Part shown: in pieces, positions 1-9,250 of the stretch
How the letters are laid out: every line of letters begins with the position of its first letter
How positions within the stretch are numbered: position 1 is the stretch's first letter
From: a plasmid
Reading direction: 5' to 3' (one strand)
Sequence record: NZ_CP087960.1
Length of the DNA: 64,000 nt
Made by a program: the position numbers and the translations under genes
Notes under the pieces: generated by a model
Told to the model about the DNA's origin: nothing
Seen by the model: only the letters and a program-made list of their open reading frames with translations
Databases searched by the model: none

Positions 1-343
1 TTTATCGATCAAGTTCATAGGAATCTTCAATTATATTAAGAAAAGATCTTTTAAAGTATGATCAATCTTTTCCCAACGATTAACTTATAACCACAAAAAG
101 CAATAGCATGTTAGCCATTATTAACAAAATATCAATTTTACTAATAATATAAAAATTATATAAGTATATTACTTGAATAGTATGCTTATAATATAAATTG
201 CAATATAAAAATATTACAATTTATATGTAATAGACTATAGAATTTTTAATATATTATTGACAAAATAAGCAGTCTATCAATATATTGAAAGGTATATCGG
301 TCCGCAAAATTTCTGACTTGCACTATTCAGTTATAACAAAATA

Positions 344-389
344 AAGCCTAAAAAGCTTGATAACATGCAGCTTTTTAGGCTTTTTCTTT
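344..389. terminator. Stem-loop aaagcctaaaaagc / gctttttaggcttt followed by a T-run; A-run on the other side, so possibly bidirectional
   Basis: Perfect 14-bp inverted repeat plus TTTTTCTTT read directly; lies downstream of the minus-strand Fic gene. Confidence 0.4.
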
Positions 390-564
390 ACTTCTAATCA
401 GACTACAATATATAATTGTACTATATAAGTATTATAAGTATAATTATTTAATAATATTATTGTAGTCGCAGAATAATATTTAAATAATATAATTATGCTA
501 TATAAATAGTTCAATTATATTGCATATAATGTTATTTACATAGTGCTAAAATGCGTTGAATCTA

Positions 565-1419
565 TTAGTTTCTTTCCCTGAGCTTATTCTTAATTCGATG
601 ACGTTTGGCTAATTCGTTCAATTCATCTTTTGAAAACCGAGTTTCTTCTCTAGCTTCTTCTTTATTTTTTTCATTAAGTTGCAGGATTTGAATTCGTTTT
701 TTTAAAGTTCTTTCAGCGTACTTTCCAACCAAGTCTTCAAAAGCAGTTGGATCATGTCTTTTCTGAGAATCAAGTAAAGTTTCCATATATTCTTCTCTTG
801 ATTCATTATCAGGCATGATATTAACTACAGGATAGCCGTTTTCTGTCAACGCCAAACTCATCAGCAAACGTGCTGTCCGTCCATTTCCATCTCTAAAAGG
901 GTGGATCGTTACAAATTTATAGTGTAGATCTGCTGCATATTTAACTGGGTGCATTTCTTTCTGGGCTTTTCTAGACCACTCAATTAAATTATCCATTTCT
1001 GGTCTAATATCAAACGGTTCAGTATACGGATTAAAATCAGTCTTAGCTGGGTGTACTTCTAACGCTCTATACTCACCACCCCACTCTGGATGAGTTTTTG
1101 CTAAGGCCAATCTATTTAAATCACGAATAGTAGTTTGAGATAAAGGTTGCTTATGACTAGCTAAATCTAGCATATAATCGTACGCTTCATTTAAATCAAT
1201 AGTTGATAATACATCTCCTATCGATTCACCATGAATTGTTATTCCCTTATTAATTATTGCTTCTGTCTCAAACTTATCAATTTTGCTTCCCTCAATGGCG
1301 TTTGATGACCAAATATGTTCCACTCGAATATCCTTGTTAAGTGCTCTTATCTGATCAGAATCTAATGGACGGTATTTATCAATCTCTTTTCTTAATTCTG
1401 TTAGCTTGTTAGTATCCAT
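565..1419 (-). CDS. Fic/Doc family protein (AMPylation-type Fido domain)
   Basis: Canonical Fic motif HPFRDGNGRTARLL in the translated ORF; 11-nt overlap with the upstream XRE gene suggests an operon. Confidence 0.85.
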   Translation of the reverse strand: MDTNKLTELRKEIDKYRPLDSDQIRALNKDIRVEHIWSSNAIEGSKIDKFETEAIINKGITIHGESIGDVLSTIDLNEAYDYMLDLASHKQPLSQTTIRDLNRLALAKTHPEWGGEYRALEVHPAKTDFNPYTEPFDIRPEMDNLIEWSRKAQKEMHPVKYAADLHYKFVTIHPFRDGNGRTARLLMSLALTENGYPVVNIMPDNESREEYMETLLDSQKRHDPTAFEDLVGKYAERTLKKRIQILQLNEKNKEEAREETRFSKDELNELAKRHRIKNKLRERN

Positions 1420-2092
1420 TTCTAGCTTTCCTTTTATTTTTAAATTTTATAAATTCAATGAAATCAATGATTTGATCCTTATCTTCTTTTGAAAGATTAT
1501 TTGGAATATGTTGAAGTATTTCAAAAGGTCGCTTAATTGCTTCTTCTGTATCAATACTAGTATTCAGGAGATCGCTAATTGGAATTCTAAAGTGTTTAGA
1601 TAGTATCTCTAGACTTTCTTCACTTGGTTTAATCTCACCAGTAGCCCAACCCCATAATGCACGATATGAAATGCCTAGGTTTTCACAAAATTCCTTGTAA
1701 GTTAATCCTTCACGGCTGATTAAAGCTTCTAAATTTGAAGAGAAAATTTGTAAATTCTCTTTATTGTCTAACTTATCATTAGTCACTACAAATTGTAGAT
1801 AGGATGGATCAATTTCATCCGGTTCACAATTTAAAGCTTTAGCCATAGCAAGCAGATTTTTTTTACTAGGTAAAGAAGATTGTGCGTACACACGTCGATA
1901 GTTATTTATGGTTGTATACGCTATACCTGTTTTTTCTGCTAATTCTTTCGGGGTCATGCCTCTTTTTTTCAAAAGTTCATTTAAATTTTCCTTAATGCGC
2001 TCTCTACGTATACGAGCAGCCAATGATATTGCTTTTCTTCCTTTAGCCATCTTTTTCTCCTCATTTTTATTTCTATATTTATTATAATCCAA
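1409..2092 (-). CDS. XRE-family transcriptional regulator with two helix-turn-helix domains
   Basis: Two HTH_3-like segments (TPKELAEKTGIAYTTINNYRR and LTYKEFCENLGISYRALWGWATGE); divergent to an ImmA-like gene. Confidence 0.75.
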   Translation of the reverse strand: MDYNKYRNKNEEKKMAKGRKAISLAARIRRERIKENLNELLKKRGMTPKELAEKTGIAYTTINNYRRVYAQSSLPSKKNLLAMAKALNCEPDEIDPSYLQFVVTNDKLDNKENLQIFSSNLEALISREGLTYKEFCENLGISYRALWGWATGEIKPSEESLEILSKHFRIPISDLLNTSIDTEEAIKRPFEILQHIPNNLSKEDKDQIIDFIEFIKFKNKRKARNGY

Positions 2093-2172
2093 AAATCTTA
2101 AAAATTTATTTGAATAGTTTTAATAACATTATTGTTGTCAAAGAGAACACAAATATGCTATCCTTTTAATTA

Positions 2173-2184
2173 GAACATATGTTC
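2173..2184. promoter_or_regulatory. Perfect 12-bp palindrome GAACATATGTTC in the divergent XRE/ImmA intergenic region; candidate operator
   Basis: Palindrome read directly between the divergent starts at 2092 (minus) and 2211 (plus). Confidence 0.3.
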
Positions 2185-2210
2185 GAGACATGATAAAAGA
2201 GTGATTAGAA

Positions 2211-2642
2211 ATGGATATTAAGGATATACTATTCGGCTTTTTATTTGAAATAGCAAAAGAATACAAATTAGATGTTAATCTAGAAGAACCAGGAAGTCCC
2301 ATACCTACATGTGTTGTTCCAGAAGACAGAAATATCTTTTTAAATTACACAGACGTAGGAGAAAGAAAACAAGCTTTTCAATTTGCACATGAACTAGGTC
2401 ACTATTTAAATGGAGATCAAGAACGTTGTGACTGTGATAGTGCAATTCTAGATATTAAAAGAGAATATTATGCAGATAGAACTGCTACCAAATTAATTCT
2501 TAAAGGGTTAAGCAAGAATAGCATATATTTTTCAAACTTATATGATCTAATGGAAATTTGTGCGATTCCTTTTAACATGGTTGATTGTGTAAATGAACTA
2601 ATTACAAATCAATATCCATCTTTAATTGCTTCATTTAACTAG
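2211..2642 (+). CDS. ImmA/IrrE-family zinc metallopeptidase (DUF955-like)
   Basis: HEXXH motif HELGHYLNGD; small size and divergent pairing with an XRE repressor are typical of ImmA/ImmR modules. Confidence 0.7.
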   Translation: MDIKDILFGFLFEIAKEYKLDVNLEEPGSPIPTCVVPEDRNIFLNYTDVGERKQAFQFAHELGHYLNGDQERCDCDSAILDIKREYYADRTATKLILKGLSKNSIYFSNLYDLMEICAIPFNMVDCVNELITNQYPSLIASFN

Positions 2643-2660
2643 GAAAGGATTCTACAGTAA

Positions 2661-3227
2661 ATGAATGATAATGTGCTATCAAATTACGTATTTGGAGAAA
2701 CGTATTTTCCCCATGTGGCAATTCCCATTAACAGAAAAGCAGGGGATACAATCATATTTTTTGAATCAAAGCAACTTATATGGAAGATAGAAAAGCAGCT
2801 TAAAGATAAGAAAAAAATAGCAAACAATCTTAATGTTGATTCCTTAATGGCTGTAGATGCTATTGACCTTATAGAAACATTTGATTCAAAATATAATTTT
2901 TTCCTTCCAGATAACGTAAACGAAATTAGAAATATGTATTATTTTGGTAGTCTTAGCACTTTGGGAATTCAAGCTTTTCTAACATTAAAAGAAGCAACAA
3001 ACATTACAAATTTACAACCTTGGGCTACTATGTACAACAGATTAATTGATAAAGCTTATAACCAAAATAATTTATTATCAAAAAACCGATTGGAAATTAG
3101 CCCCAATAAGTTATCAAAATTTACCAAATATTTTGATACCGCTTATCAGCAGAAGATTAAAGATTTATTCAGCAAAGAAAAAGCTATCAATCATCGTATT
3201 CTATCAACAAAAGATTTTATGTTGTAA
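2661..3227 (+). CDS. hypothetical protein
   Basis: Open frame with a start 19 nt after the ImmA stop; no recognisable motif. Confidence 0.35.
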   Translation: MNDNVLSNYVFGETYFPHVAIPINRKAGDTIIFFESKQLIWKIEKQLKDKKKIANNLNVDSLMAVDAIDLIETFDSKYNFFLPDNVNEIRNMYYFGSLSTLGIQAFLTLKEATNITNLQPWATMYNRLIDKAYNQNNLLSKNRLEISPNKLSKFTKYFDTAYQQKIKDLFSKEKAINHRILSTKDFML

Positions 3228-3289
3228 TTACAAATATTATCCTTTACAATCAGTACTGTAGCTCAGCTACTAAATATTTATTTTATAAG

Positions 3290-3322
3290 AGGAACACAAT
3301 TTTTACTTGTGTTCCTTTTTTA
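3290..3322 (+). terminator. Rho-independent terminator (aggaacacaa...ttgtgttcct + T-run)
   Basis: 10-bp perfect stem followed by TTTTTTATT, directly after the 2661..3227 gene. Confidence 0.5.
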
Positions 3323-3497
3323 TTATTAAGATATGATTGCAAAAGACATATTTATATATAGTTAAATCATGCGTTTATATTATTCCAAATAATATTTTAG
3401 AAATATTTAAATAGTATATTGATAATGCAAGTAATGTGATTTATAATAATACTGAAATAAATATTTAGAATTAAGTTTAAGGAGCTAATATAATATT

Positions 3498-4307
3498 ATG
3501 ACAAAAATAATTACATTCTCAGCAATTAAAGGCGGAGTAGGAAAAACTACCATTGCATATAACTTTGGATCTTGGCTAGCCGATAATAAAAAGAAGGTTC
3601 TTTTTATTGACCTAGATCATCAATGTAATCTTAGTCAAACCTATAATGTTTATGATCAAAAGGGCAGTGTAGGCAATATATTAAGTCCTAAAGATGAAGT
3701 AGTAATTCATCATGTTGGGGAAAATATCGATTTAATTGCTGGTGATATGCACCTTGATGATATAGAGACATTAATCGAAAATAAAACTAATAAAAACATG
3801 ATGCTATATTTGTGGCTATATGATAACTATCAAAAGTTACATATAGATAAATATGATTACATTCTGATTGATTGTCACCCAGATTTCAGTACAGCTACCA
3901 AGAATGCTATTATCGTTAGCAACGATATACTAAGCCCAATTACACCTAGCGAATATGGTTATAAAGCTAAATATAACTTGCAAGAACGACTTAAAGAATT
4001 ATCTGAAGAAGCAATTGATTTTACATCTCATAAATCGTATGTCACTGCCAATCTTTATTTCTTAGCTAATATGCTAAAGCATAATACAACAAGTTCGCGT
4101 GAACTTTTAGACAGTTTAAAAGATGAAAAACAATCAGGTGATAATAGTTGTATCGCTTATATTCCTTATAAAGAGTTATTTAATAAATCTGAATTAAACA
4201 AAATTTCTTTGAGCGAAATGGCTAAAGACCATAAATTGGCAATTCAACAAAGAAAGTTTTTTGACGAAATTTTTAAAACATTTGAAGGTATAGAAAACAA
4301 ATTATAA
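3498..4307 (+). CDS. parA: ParA-family plasmid partition ATPase (small type Ib-like)
   Basis: Deviant Walker A KGGVGKTT at residues 11-18; RBS aaggag upstream; followed by a small basic protein and a repeat array. Confidence 0.85.
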   Translation: MTKIITFSAIKGGVGKTTIAYNFGSWLADNKKKVLFIDLDHQCNLSQTYNVYDQKGSVGNILSPKDEVVIHHVGENIDLIAGDMHLDDIETLIENKTNKNMMLYLWLYDNYQKLHIDKYDYILIDCHPDFSTATKNAIIVSNDILSPITPSEYGYKAKYNLQERLKELSEEAIDFTSHKSYVTANLYFLANMLKHNTTSSRELLDSLKDEKQSGDNSCIAYIPYKELFNKSELNKISLSEMAKDHKLAIQQRKFFDEIFKTFEGIENKL

Positions 4308-4328
4308 TGTTAAGAAAGGATAATATAT

Positions 4329-4610
4329 ATGGCTTTTAAACCTGATGATAATATTGCTAAAGCATTAAAGCAATCAAATCCAAACAACAATGGTACGGAT
4401 AACAGAAATGAGCAGAACACTCAAAACTATTCTGACTTATTAAATCTTGTATCTAAGAAAAACGTAGAAAAAGAAGCAATCTCTATAACAATTGATAGTG
4501 ATGTTAAATCCGGAATTGAAAAATTAGCAAAGAAAAATGGCTACAAACATTTATCAACTTTTATTAACGATTACTTTAAAAAACTACTTAGCCTTACTCA
4601 AAATAATTAA
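4329..4610 (+). CDS. Small partition/centromere-binding protein (ParG/ParB-like, possibly ribbon-helix-helix), 93 aa
   Basis: Lies 21 nt downstream of parA and immediately upstream of the iteron array; assignment is by context only. Confidence 0.4.
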   Translation: MAFKPDDNIAKALKQSNPNNNGTDNRNEQNTQNYSDLLNLVSKKNVEKEAISITIDSDVKSGIEKLAKKNGYKHLSTFINDYFKKLLSLTQNN

Positions 4611-4629
4611 TAAGATTATTACTACTTCT

Positions 4630-4656
4630 GACGAGATTTTCATCTCGTCTTTTTTA
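4630..4656 (+). terminator. Rho-independent terminator (gacgagat tttc atctcgtc + TTTTTTA)
   Basis: 8-bp perfect stem plus T-run just after the small par gene stop. Confidence 0.5.
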
Positions 4657-4751
4657 TTTAATTTAATAGATAATTTATAAGACATTAAAAGGAATTAATA
4701 GAGTATTAAGGGTATTCTGTTAGCCCTAGAGACACAAGCACTATCAGATTC

Positions 4752-5208
4752 CAAAGGTACCAAGTAGTGGGGTCAAAGGTGCTAAGTAATGGAGTCCGAG
4801 GCACTAAGTAGTGGAGTCAAAGATACCAAATAGTGGAGTCAAAGGTGCCAAGTAATGGTCCACAGAAATAGAAAATAGAGCTAAAAAGGCAAAAATCGCC
4901 TGATTTCTGTGGATAATTGCTCAAAGGTGCTAAGTAGTGGTGAAATTAATAAATAGTAAAAATTTTAGGCATCAAAGGTACCAAGTAGTGGAGGATTCGT
5001 ATAATTTTTTCAAAATATTGTATATATAAAAAATAAAGGTACCGTATATTGTGATATGGAAAAGCCAAAGGGTACAAATAGTGGAGAAAAACATGTAAAA
5101 AACATATGGATATCTATCCATATGTTTTTTATATATTAGCAAAGAGTCCAAGTAGTGGGATCAAATGTAATTAATAAGAATCGTTTGTCAAAGGTGCTAA
5201 ATAGTGGG
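4752..5208. repeat. Iteron array: five contiguous 22-bp direct repeats (4752-4861, consensus CAAAGGTGCCAAGTAGTGGAGT) plus at least four dispersed copies (4922, 4973, 5066, 5189). Candidate theta origin and/or partition centromere
   Basis: Repeats read directly with exact 22-bp spacing (starts 4752, 4774, 4796, 4818, 4840); positioned between the par genes and the rep gene. Confidence 0.7.
5097..5130. promoter_or_regulatory. 32-nt palindrome AAAAAACATATGGATA TC TATCCATATGTTTTTT within the origin region, next to an AT-rich stretch
   Basis: Perfect 11-bp inverted arms flanked by A6/T6; lies between iteron copies, about 150 bp upstream of the rep start. Confidence 0.35.
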
Positions 5209-5283
5209 GAATGGTTCCTTGGGTAGGTAGAATAAGTTATACTAGAAACTATAAACTTATTCTTTTCAGGGAATGTACTAGTT

Positions 5284-6696
5284 ATGACCGAAAATTTTGA
5301 TGATATTTTAGATAAATTGTTTGATAAACCAGAAAAACAGGTAGAAGATAATGAAAATTCAGAGCAGCTTGATCTATTTAACGTAGATTATGCACATAAT
5401 GGAGACTTGCCTGTATCAGTAAAACAAAAACCATTTGCCTCTACTAATTTATTAATGCGCTTTAGATCTCAGTTAAACAGAGTTATCTGGACTGGATTAA
5501 ATGCCACTCATACCAAAATATTAACAGTGATTTTAAGTAAAACAGCTGATCAGTTGGCTGCATATCAAAAAGATCAGATACAAAAGAGAGTTAAAGAGCT
5601 AAATTTAGATAAAGATAATTTAGATAAAAAAACTCTTACAAAAATTGCTAGTGAAGTAAAGTTTCCAACTGATCTTGTAACGCGTGTCACTTATAGTGAG
5701 ATTGACCATGCTATCGGATACGATAATAATAATGCTAGTATTGGGACATATATTGAAGGCATGAAAAATAAATTGGAAAAGTGGCGTGAGATAAAAGCCG
5801 ATGGGATAACAGCGAGTTTTCCAATGTTTAAAGGAATAATTAATAATACAAACAAAAAATATTTTGAGTTTGTGTACAATGATTTTATGATTAATATCTT
5901 ATTAATTAATCCAAAAACCGGAGATTTTGTTCGCTATCCAGCTCGAGAAATAGTGGATTTATCTTCAGTTAGATCGCAAACTTTGCTTCGTCTTTTGAAG
6001 CAGCTTAGAACTATTGGATCAATCACATTTAGAAAACATACCGAAAAAACTAATGGCAAAACTAGAATAGGGTTGTGGGAACAACTAGAAATACCAGAGA
6101 AGACAAGAGAAGGAAAATTTAGTTCAAAAATTTTAAAGGATGCTCTAATAGAAATTTCTCCATATTTTACAAATTTAAATTATACGAAAAACTATGGTAC
6201 AGCTAATGGGCACAGAGTGGTAGTTAGTTATACTTTTACATTTGAACCCGAAAACCCTAAAAAAAATACTACTTATTCAACTCCTGAAGAAATTTTATCT
6301 GAAGGATTAGTAAATATTGATTCAGCAATATGTTTAACGAGAAAAGATAAATTTAAAGCTATTGATAAATTCTTGAAACAAAAACACGGTACCGCAGAAA
6401 AGGAGTATTTTGCTGTTCACCCAGAAGAAAAAGAACAAGAAAAAACTGAAGATGATAAGCTCAATATTGATGTATGGCAACCAAGTAGAGGGGAACTAAC
6501 GGTTAGAGATTTTTATGATCGTGAACTTGGTAAGAAAGTATTAGAAGCTAATATACCAAAGCTAGAGAAAATCATTGCTGAAATATTAGAACAGGTTAGA
6601 AATGCTAAAGGAAATATGCAATTAGTAGCAGACTATAATAAAACTTTAGGATTATTACAAAAGAAAAAAGCAATAGAGAATTTTAATAATAAGTAA
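5284..6696 (+). CDS. rep: Putative replication initiator protein (iteron-binding Rep), 470 aa
   Basis: Position immediately downstream of the iteron array and par locus; no catalytic motif recognised, so the call rests on context. Confidence 0.5.
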   Translation: MTENFDDILDKLFDKPEKQVEDNENSEQLDLFNVDYAHNGDLPVSVKQKPFASTNLLMRFRSQLNRVIWTGLNATHTKILTVILSKTADQLAAYQKDQIQKRVKELNLDKDNLDKKTLTKIASEVKFPTDLVTRVTYSEIDHAIGYDNNNASIGTYIEGMKNKLEKWREIKADGITASFPMFKGIINNTNKKYFEFVYNDFMINILLINPKTGDFVRYPAREIVDLSSVRSQTLLRLLKQLRTIGSITFRKHTEKTNGKTRIGLWEQLEIPEKTREGKFSSKILKDALIEISPYFTNLNYTKNYGTANGHRVVVSYTFTFEPENPKKNTTYSTPEEILSEGLVNIDSAICLTRKDKFKAIDKFLKQKHGTAEKEYFAVHPEEKEQEKTEDDKLNIDVWQPSRGELTVRDFYDRELGKKVLEANIPKLEKIIAEILEQVRNAKGNMQLVADYNKTLGLLQKKKAIENFNNK

Positions 6697-6718
6697 GAAG
6701 AAAGAATTTTTTTAGAAA

Positions 6719-7528
6719 ATGAAAGATACGTTTGAGGAGATAGGTAAGTTAATAAGGAAATTCTTGAAAGAAAAAGGTGCTGGTATTATAGATGTATTAT
6801 TTCTGATGGAAATAATTTATTTAATATATATGCCAGGTCTGATTCAAAAAAATTTGTTGTTATGGAACGGGATAAATTTTGGAAAAGCATTCTACAATAT
6901 AGGAAGAGATTTTTATTTTCGCTATATTGGCTATGAACTAGCTATCTGTATATTGATACTGTTAATCTTAATTACAATTTATTATCGTAAACATAATAGA
7001 CGTCTTCATAATTATCCTGATGGTTTTAAAAGAGGCCATTCAGCATTTGTTGCTATAATAAGACTTTTACGCTTAATATGGTATTTTTTACACGCTGGGT
7101 GGACTATATTTCTTTTAATAGCTATATTTTCTGGATATGAAAACACTTTATATCCTTTTTTCAATAATTTGTATAATCCATTAAATATTGCTTATCTGAT
7201 TTTTGTGATAATTAAAGTCTTATCTTTTACGAAAGAAAAGATGATTCATTATGGTGATATATTTTCTCAAAAAGAACTTATTACTAATTTCTATATTATT
7301 GATGAAAAATCTGACTATATTTTAGTAAAAAACACGTTTTTAGAAAAACCAATGTTTTGTTTAATGTTACGATTAGAAACCGAGACAATTCAATATGAGC
7401 TTTTAGATTATTCTGAATCTTTTAGTGAAATGGTAGTAGAATTTGATCGCAGAGCAAATGCATCTAATAAGTGTTTTGACGTTGAAATTCCCGAACGTGA
7501 AAGACCAGTTAAAAGTATTCATGAGTAA
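6719..7528 (+). CDS. Polytopic membrane protein, hypothetical (269 aa)
   Basis: Several hydrophobic helices (e.g. YELAICILILLILITIYY, WTIFLLIAIFSGY); 62 bp upstream of the TAC-like operon. Confidence 0.35.
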   Translation: MKDTFEEIGKLIRKFLKEKGAGIIDVLFLMEIIYLIYMPGLIQKNLLLWNGINFGKAFYNIGRDFYFRYIGYELAICILILLILITIYYRKHNRRLHNYPDGFKRGHSAFVAIIRLLRLIWYFLHAGWTIFLLIAIFSGYENTLYPFFNNLYNPLNIAYLIFVIIKVLSFTKEKMIHYGDIFSQKELITNFYIIDEKSDYILVKNTFLEKPMFCLMLRLETETIQYELLDYSESFSEMVVEFDRRANASNKCFDVEIPERERPVKSIHE

Positions 7529-7590
7529 CTAATTTTATAAAATAATTTAATTACAATGTTTTATTATGTAATGAAGTAGGAAAATTGTAA

Positions 7591-8241
7591 ATGTCGGATT
7601 ATTATCTTTCAATTCCGTTATACCATGTTGATTTAAAAGAAAACAATAAATTATTTGTAGAAGGGGAAAATATTCCTGGATCTAATGAAGATGGAGAATG
7701 GGGAGGAAAAGGATTATATTTATGGGATAATTTTAAGAATGCTAAATATTGGCAAAATGTTTATTGGAAAGATGATTCGGCTAATGCATCTATTGTTAAA
7801 ACTGTACTAAAAGTACGAGAATCAGAGCTGTTAGATTTGAGTGAACCCATGCAAGTTAAAGAATTTGAAAAATCTTTACTGGGTATTGCACAAATAGCTA
7901 AAAAATCTAAAAATCCAAATATTTCGAAAAAAGCTGATTATATTTTGAAAGATGCACCAAAGGGTTACGCTATTAATTACTATAGCGAATATATGCAAAA
8001 AGTATGTCAACATTCTTTTAAAGTAGTAAGGCTTGTAGGGCTATACCCAAGTGTAAGTACGTCTACTTTTTTTAAAGATGATTTAGTGTTAAATAAATAT
8101 TATAATGAGAGGAAGAAAGACAAAGAAAAAGTGCTTGCTCAAAAATATTTTATGCCACATGTAACAATTCAATCTAAAACGATTTATGTAGTAAAAAAAC
8201 AAGCATTGCTCTTACAGAGAGAAATTTGTCAGGAGGATTAA
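7591..8241 (+). CDS. Hypothetical protein; candidate toxin/effector of a three-gene operon ending in a SecB-like chaperone
   Basis: RBS aggaaa; stop at 8241 is 1 nt before the next start; no known toxin motif recognised. Confidence 0.35.
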   Translation: MSDYYLSIPLYHVDLKENNKLFVEGENIPGSNEDGEWGGKGLYLWDNFKNAKYWQNVYWKDDSANASIVKTVLKVRESELLDLSEPMQVKEFEKSLLGIAQIAKKSKNPNISKKADYILKDAPKGYAINYYSEYMQKVCQHSFKVVRLVGLYPSVSTSTFFKDDLVLNKYYNERKKDKEKVLAQKYFMPHVTIQSKTIYVVKKQALLLQREICQED

Positions 8242-8242
8242 T

Positions 8243-8593
8243 ATGAGTTTTAAAATACCATCAGCTGATGAATTTATAAAGAAACTAAATGAGTTAGATG
8301 AAAAGACTTTTGATTCAATCTATGAAAGACTTATTTATGATGTTGAAGCAGACAAGATTAATAAGACTTTAGATGTTTTTTCTAAGATTTTGGTTAAGAC
8401 TACAACTGTATCCTCGCCAAATATCCCAACTTCTAATAGTTCTGATGAATCTATAAGTGATATATCTATATCCAGTGATTATATTCATACTTCTCCTCAA
8501 GCAGATATAAAGACTCTTCTAAATTATAGAAAAATCAATACTGAAAACCTTGTTAATAGTGAAATTGTTTCTAGTAGTAAGGAAGTGGCCTAA
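8243..8593 (+). CDS. Small protein with a Ser/Thr-rich, predicted disordered C-terminal tail; candidate antitoxin with a chaperone-addiction (ChAD-like) extension
   Basis: N-terminal ~55 aa helical segment followed by TTTVSSPNIPTSNSSDESISDISISSDY...; stop is immediately adjacent to the SecB-like gene start (8593/8594). Confidence 0.3.
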   Translation: MSFKIPSADEFIKKLNELDEKTFDSIYERLIYDVEADKINKTLDVFSKILVKTTTVSSPNIPTSNSSDESISDISISSDYIHTSPQADIKTLLNYRKINTENLVNSEIVSSSKEVA

Positions 8594-9031
8594 GTGAATA
8601 GTAAGGATCGAAAAAGTGCTTTTCAATTTGATAATCCGGTACTTATAGAATCAGTTTTTTTTGAAAATTTAGCATATAAAAACGATTTTAGTGAAATTGG
8701 ACAATTAACATTCAAAATAAATAAAATAATTGGTGAAAAGCAAAAGTTAGAAGAACATAAAATTGGGGCGCCAGTAGTTCTTACACTTACTACAAGTGAA
8801 AAAATGGAGTTAGATGAAGATACGCCTTGTTTTATACGTGTAACTATGAGGGCCAACTTTGTATGGAATGAAAATGATTTTTCAGATGAAAGCGTTGATA
8901 AGTTGCTTTCTGTGAACGCACCTAGTTTATTACTCGGATATATTAGGCCCAAAATTGTATCATTAACTCAAGATTCTGATCTTCCTACTCAGCAAGTTCC
9001 TTTTATAAACTTTTCAGAAGAGAGTAAATAA
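8594..9031 (+). CDS. SecB-like chaperone
   Basis: Alignable by eye to E. coli SecB: FQFDNPVLIESVFFEN vs FQIQRIYTKDISFEAPN; VVLTLTTSE vs VVLRVTVTAS; APSLLLGYIRPKIVSLTQDSDLPTQQVPFINF vs [32 protein letters not shown]. Confidence 0.7.
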   Translation: MNSKDRKSAFQFDNPVLIESVFFENLAYKNDFSEIGQLTFKINKIIGEKQKLEEHKIGAPVVLTLTTSEKMELDEDTPCFIRVTMRANFVWNENDFSDESVDKLLSVNAPSLLLGYIRPKIVSLTQDSDLPTQQVPFINFSEESK

Positions 9032-9073
9032 ACAGAAGGTTATACGTTAAAGATGTCGTATAATTAATGACAA

Positions 9074-9112
9074 AAGGAGCGTAGAATTATATAAATTCTA
9101 CACTCCTTTTTA
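9074..9112. terminator. Bidirectional terminator hairpin (aggagcgtagaatt / aattctacactcct) shared by the convergent SecB operon and the small toxin gene
   Basis: 13-bp stem with one mismatch; T-runs on both strands. Confidence 0.45.
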
Positions 9113-9250
9113 CTTTTCCTTTTTATTATGGCGATTGTCCCACCAATCATCGAATAACTTATTCAAAATGTGAGTTACAACTGGTACCAGAATAACAATT
9201 ATAATATTTTGAATAATGAATGTAGAGATATTGATAATTGTTTCAATCAT
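9110..9250 (-). CDS. 46-aa hydrophobic peptide MIETIINISTFIIQNIIIVILVPVVTHILNKLFDDWWDNRHNKKEK; candidate Fst/Ldr/Lpt-type type I toxin (not in ORF track)
   Basis: Translated by hand from the minus strand; RBS ggagtaaaATG; single TM helix with a Pro then a charged DxxxxKK tail like Fst; an 8-bp inverted repeat (aatactga/tcagtatt, 9259-9281) in the 5' UTR; convergent bidirectional terminator. Confidence 0.4.
   Translation of the reverse strand: MIETIINISTFIIQNIIIVILVPVVTHILNKLFDDWWDNRHNKKEK

Noticed and set aside
1-564. Possible oriT or second origin in the AT-rich left end (10-bp inverted repeat gactacaata/tattgtagtc at 403-466)
   Set aside because: Only low-complexity AT-rich symmetry is present, with no iterons or nick-site-like motif. 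The evidence is insufficient.
4752-4861. CRISPR array
   Set aside because: The 22-bp units are directly contiguous with no spacers and there are no cas genes. Contiguous phased repeats fit iterons.
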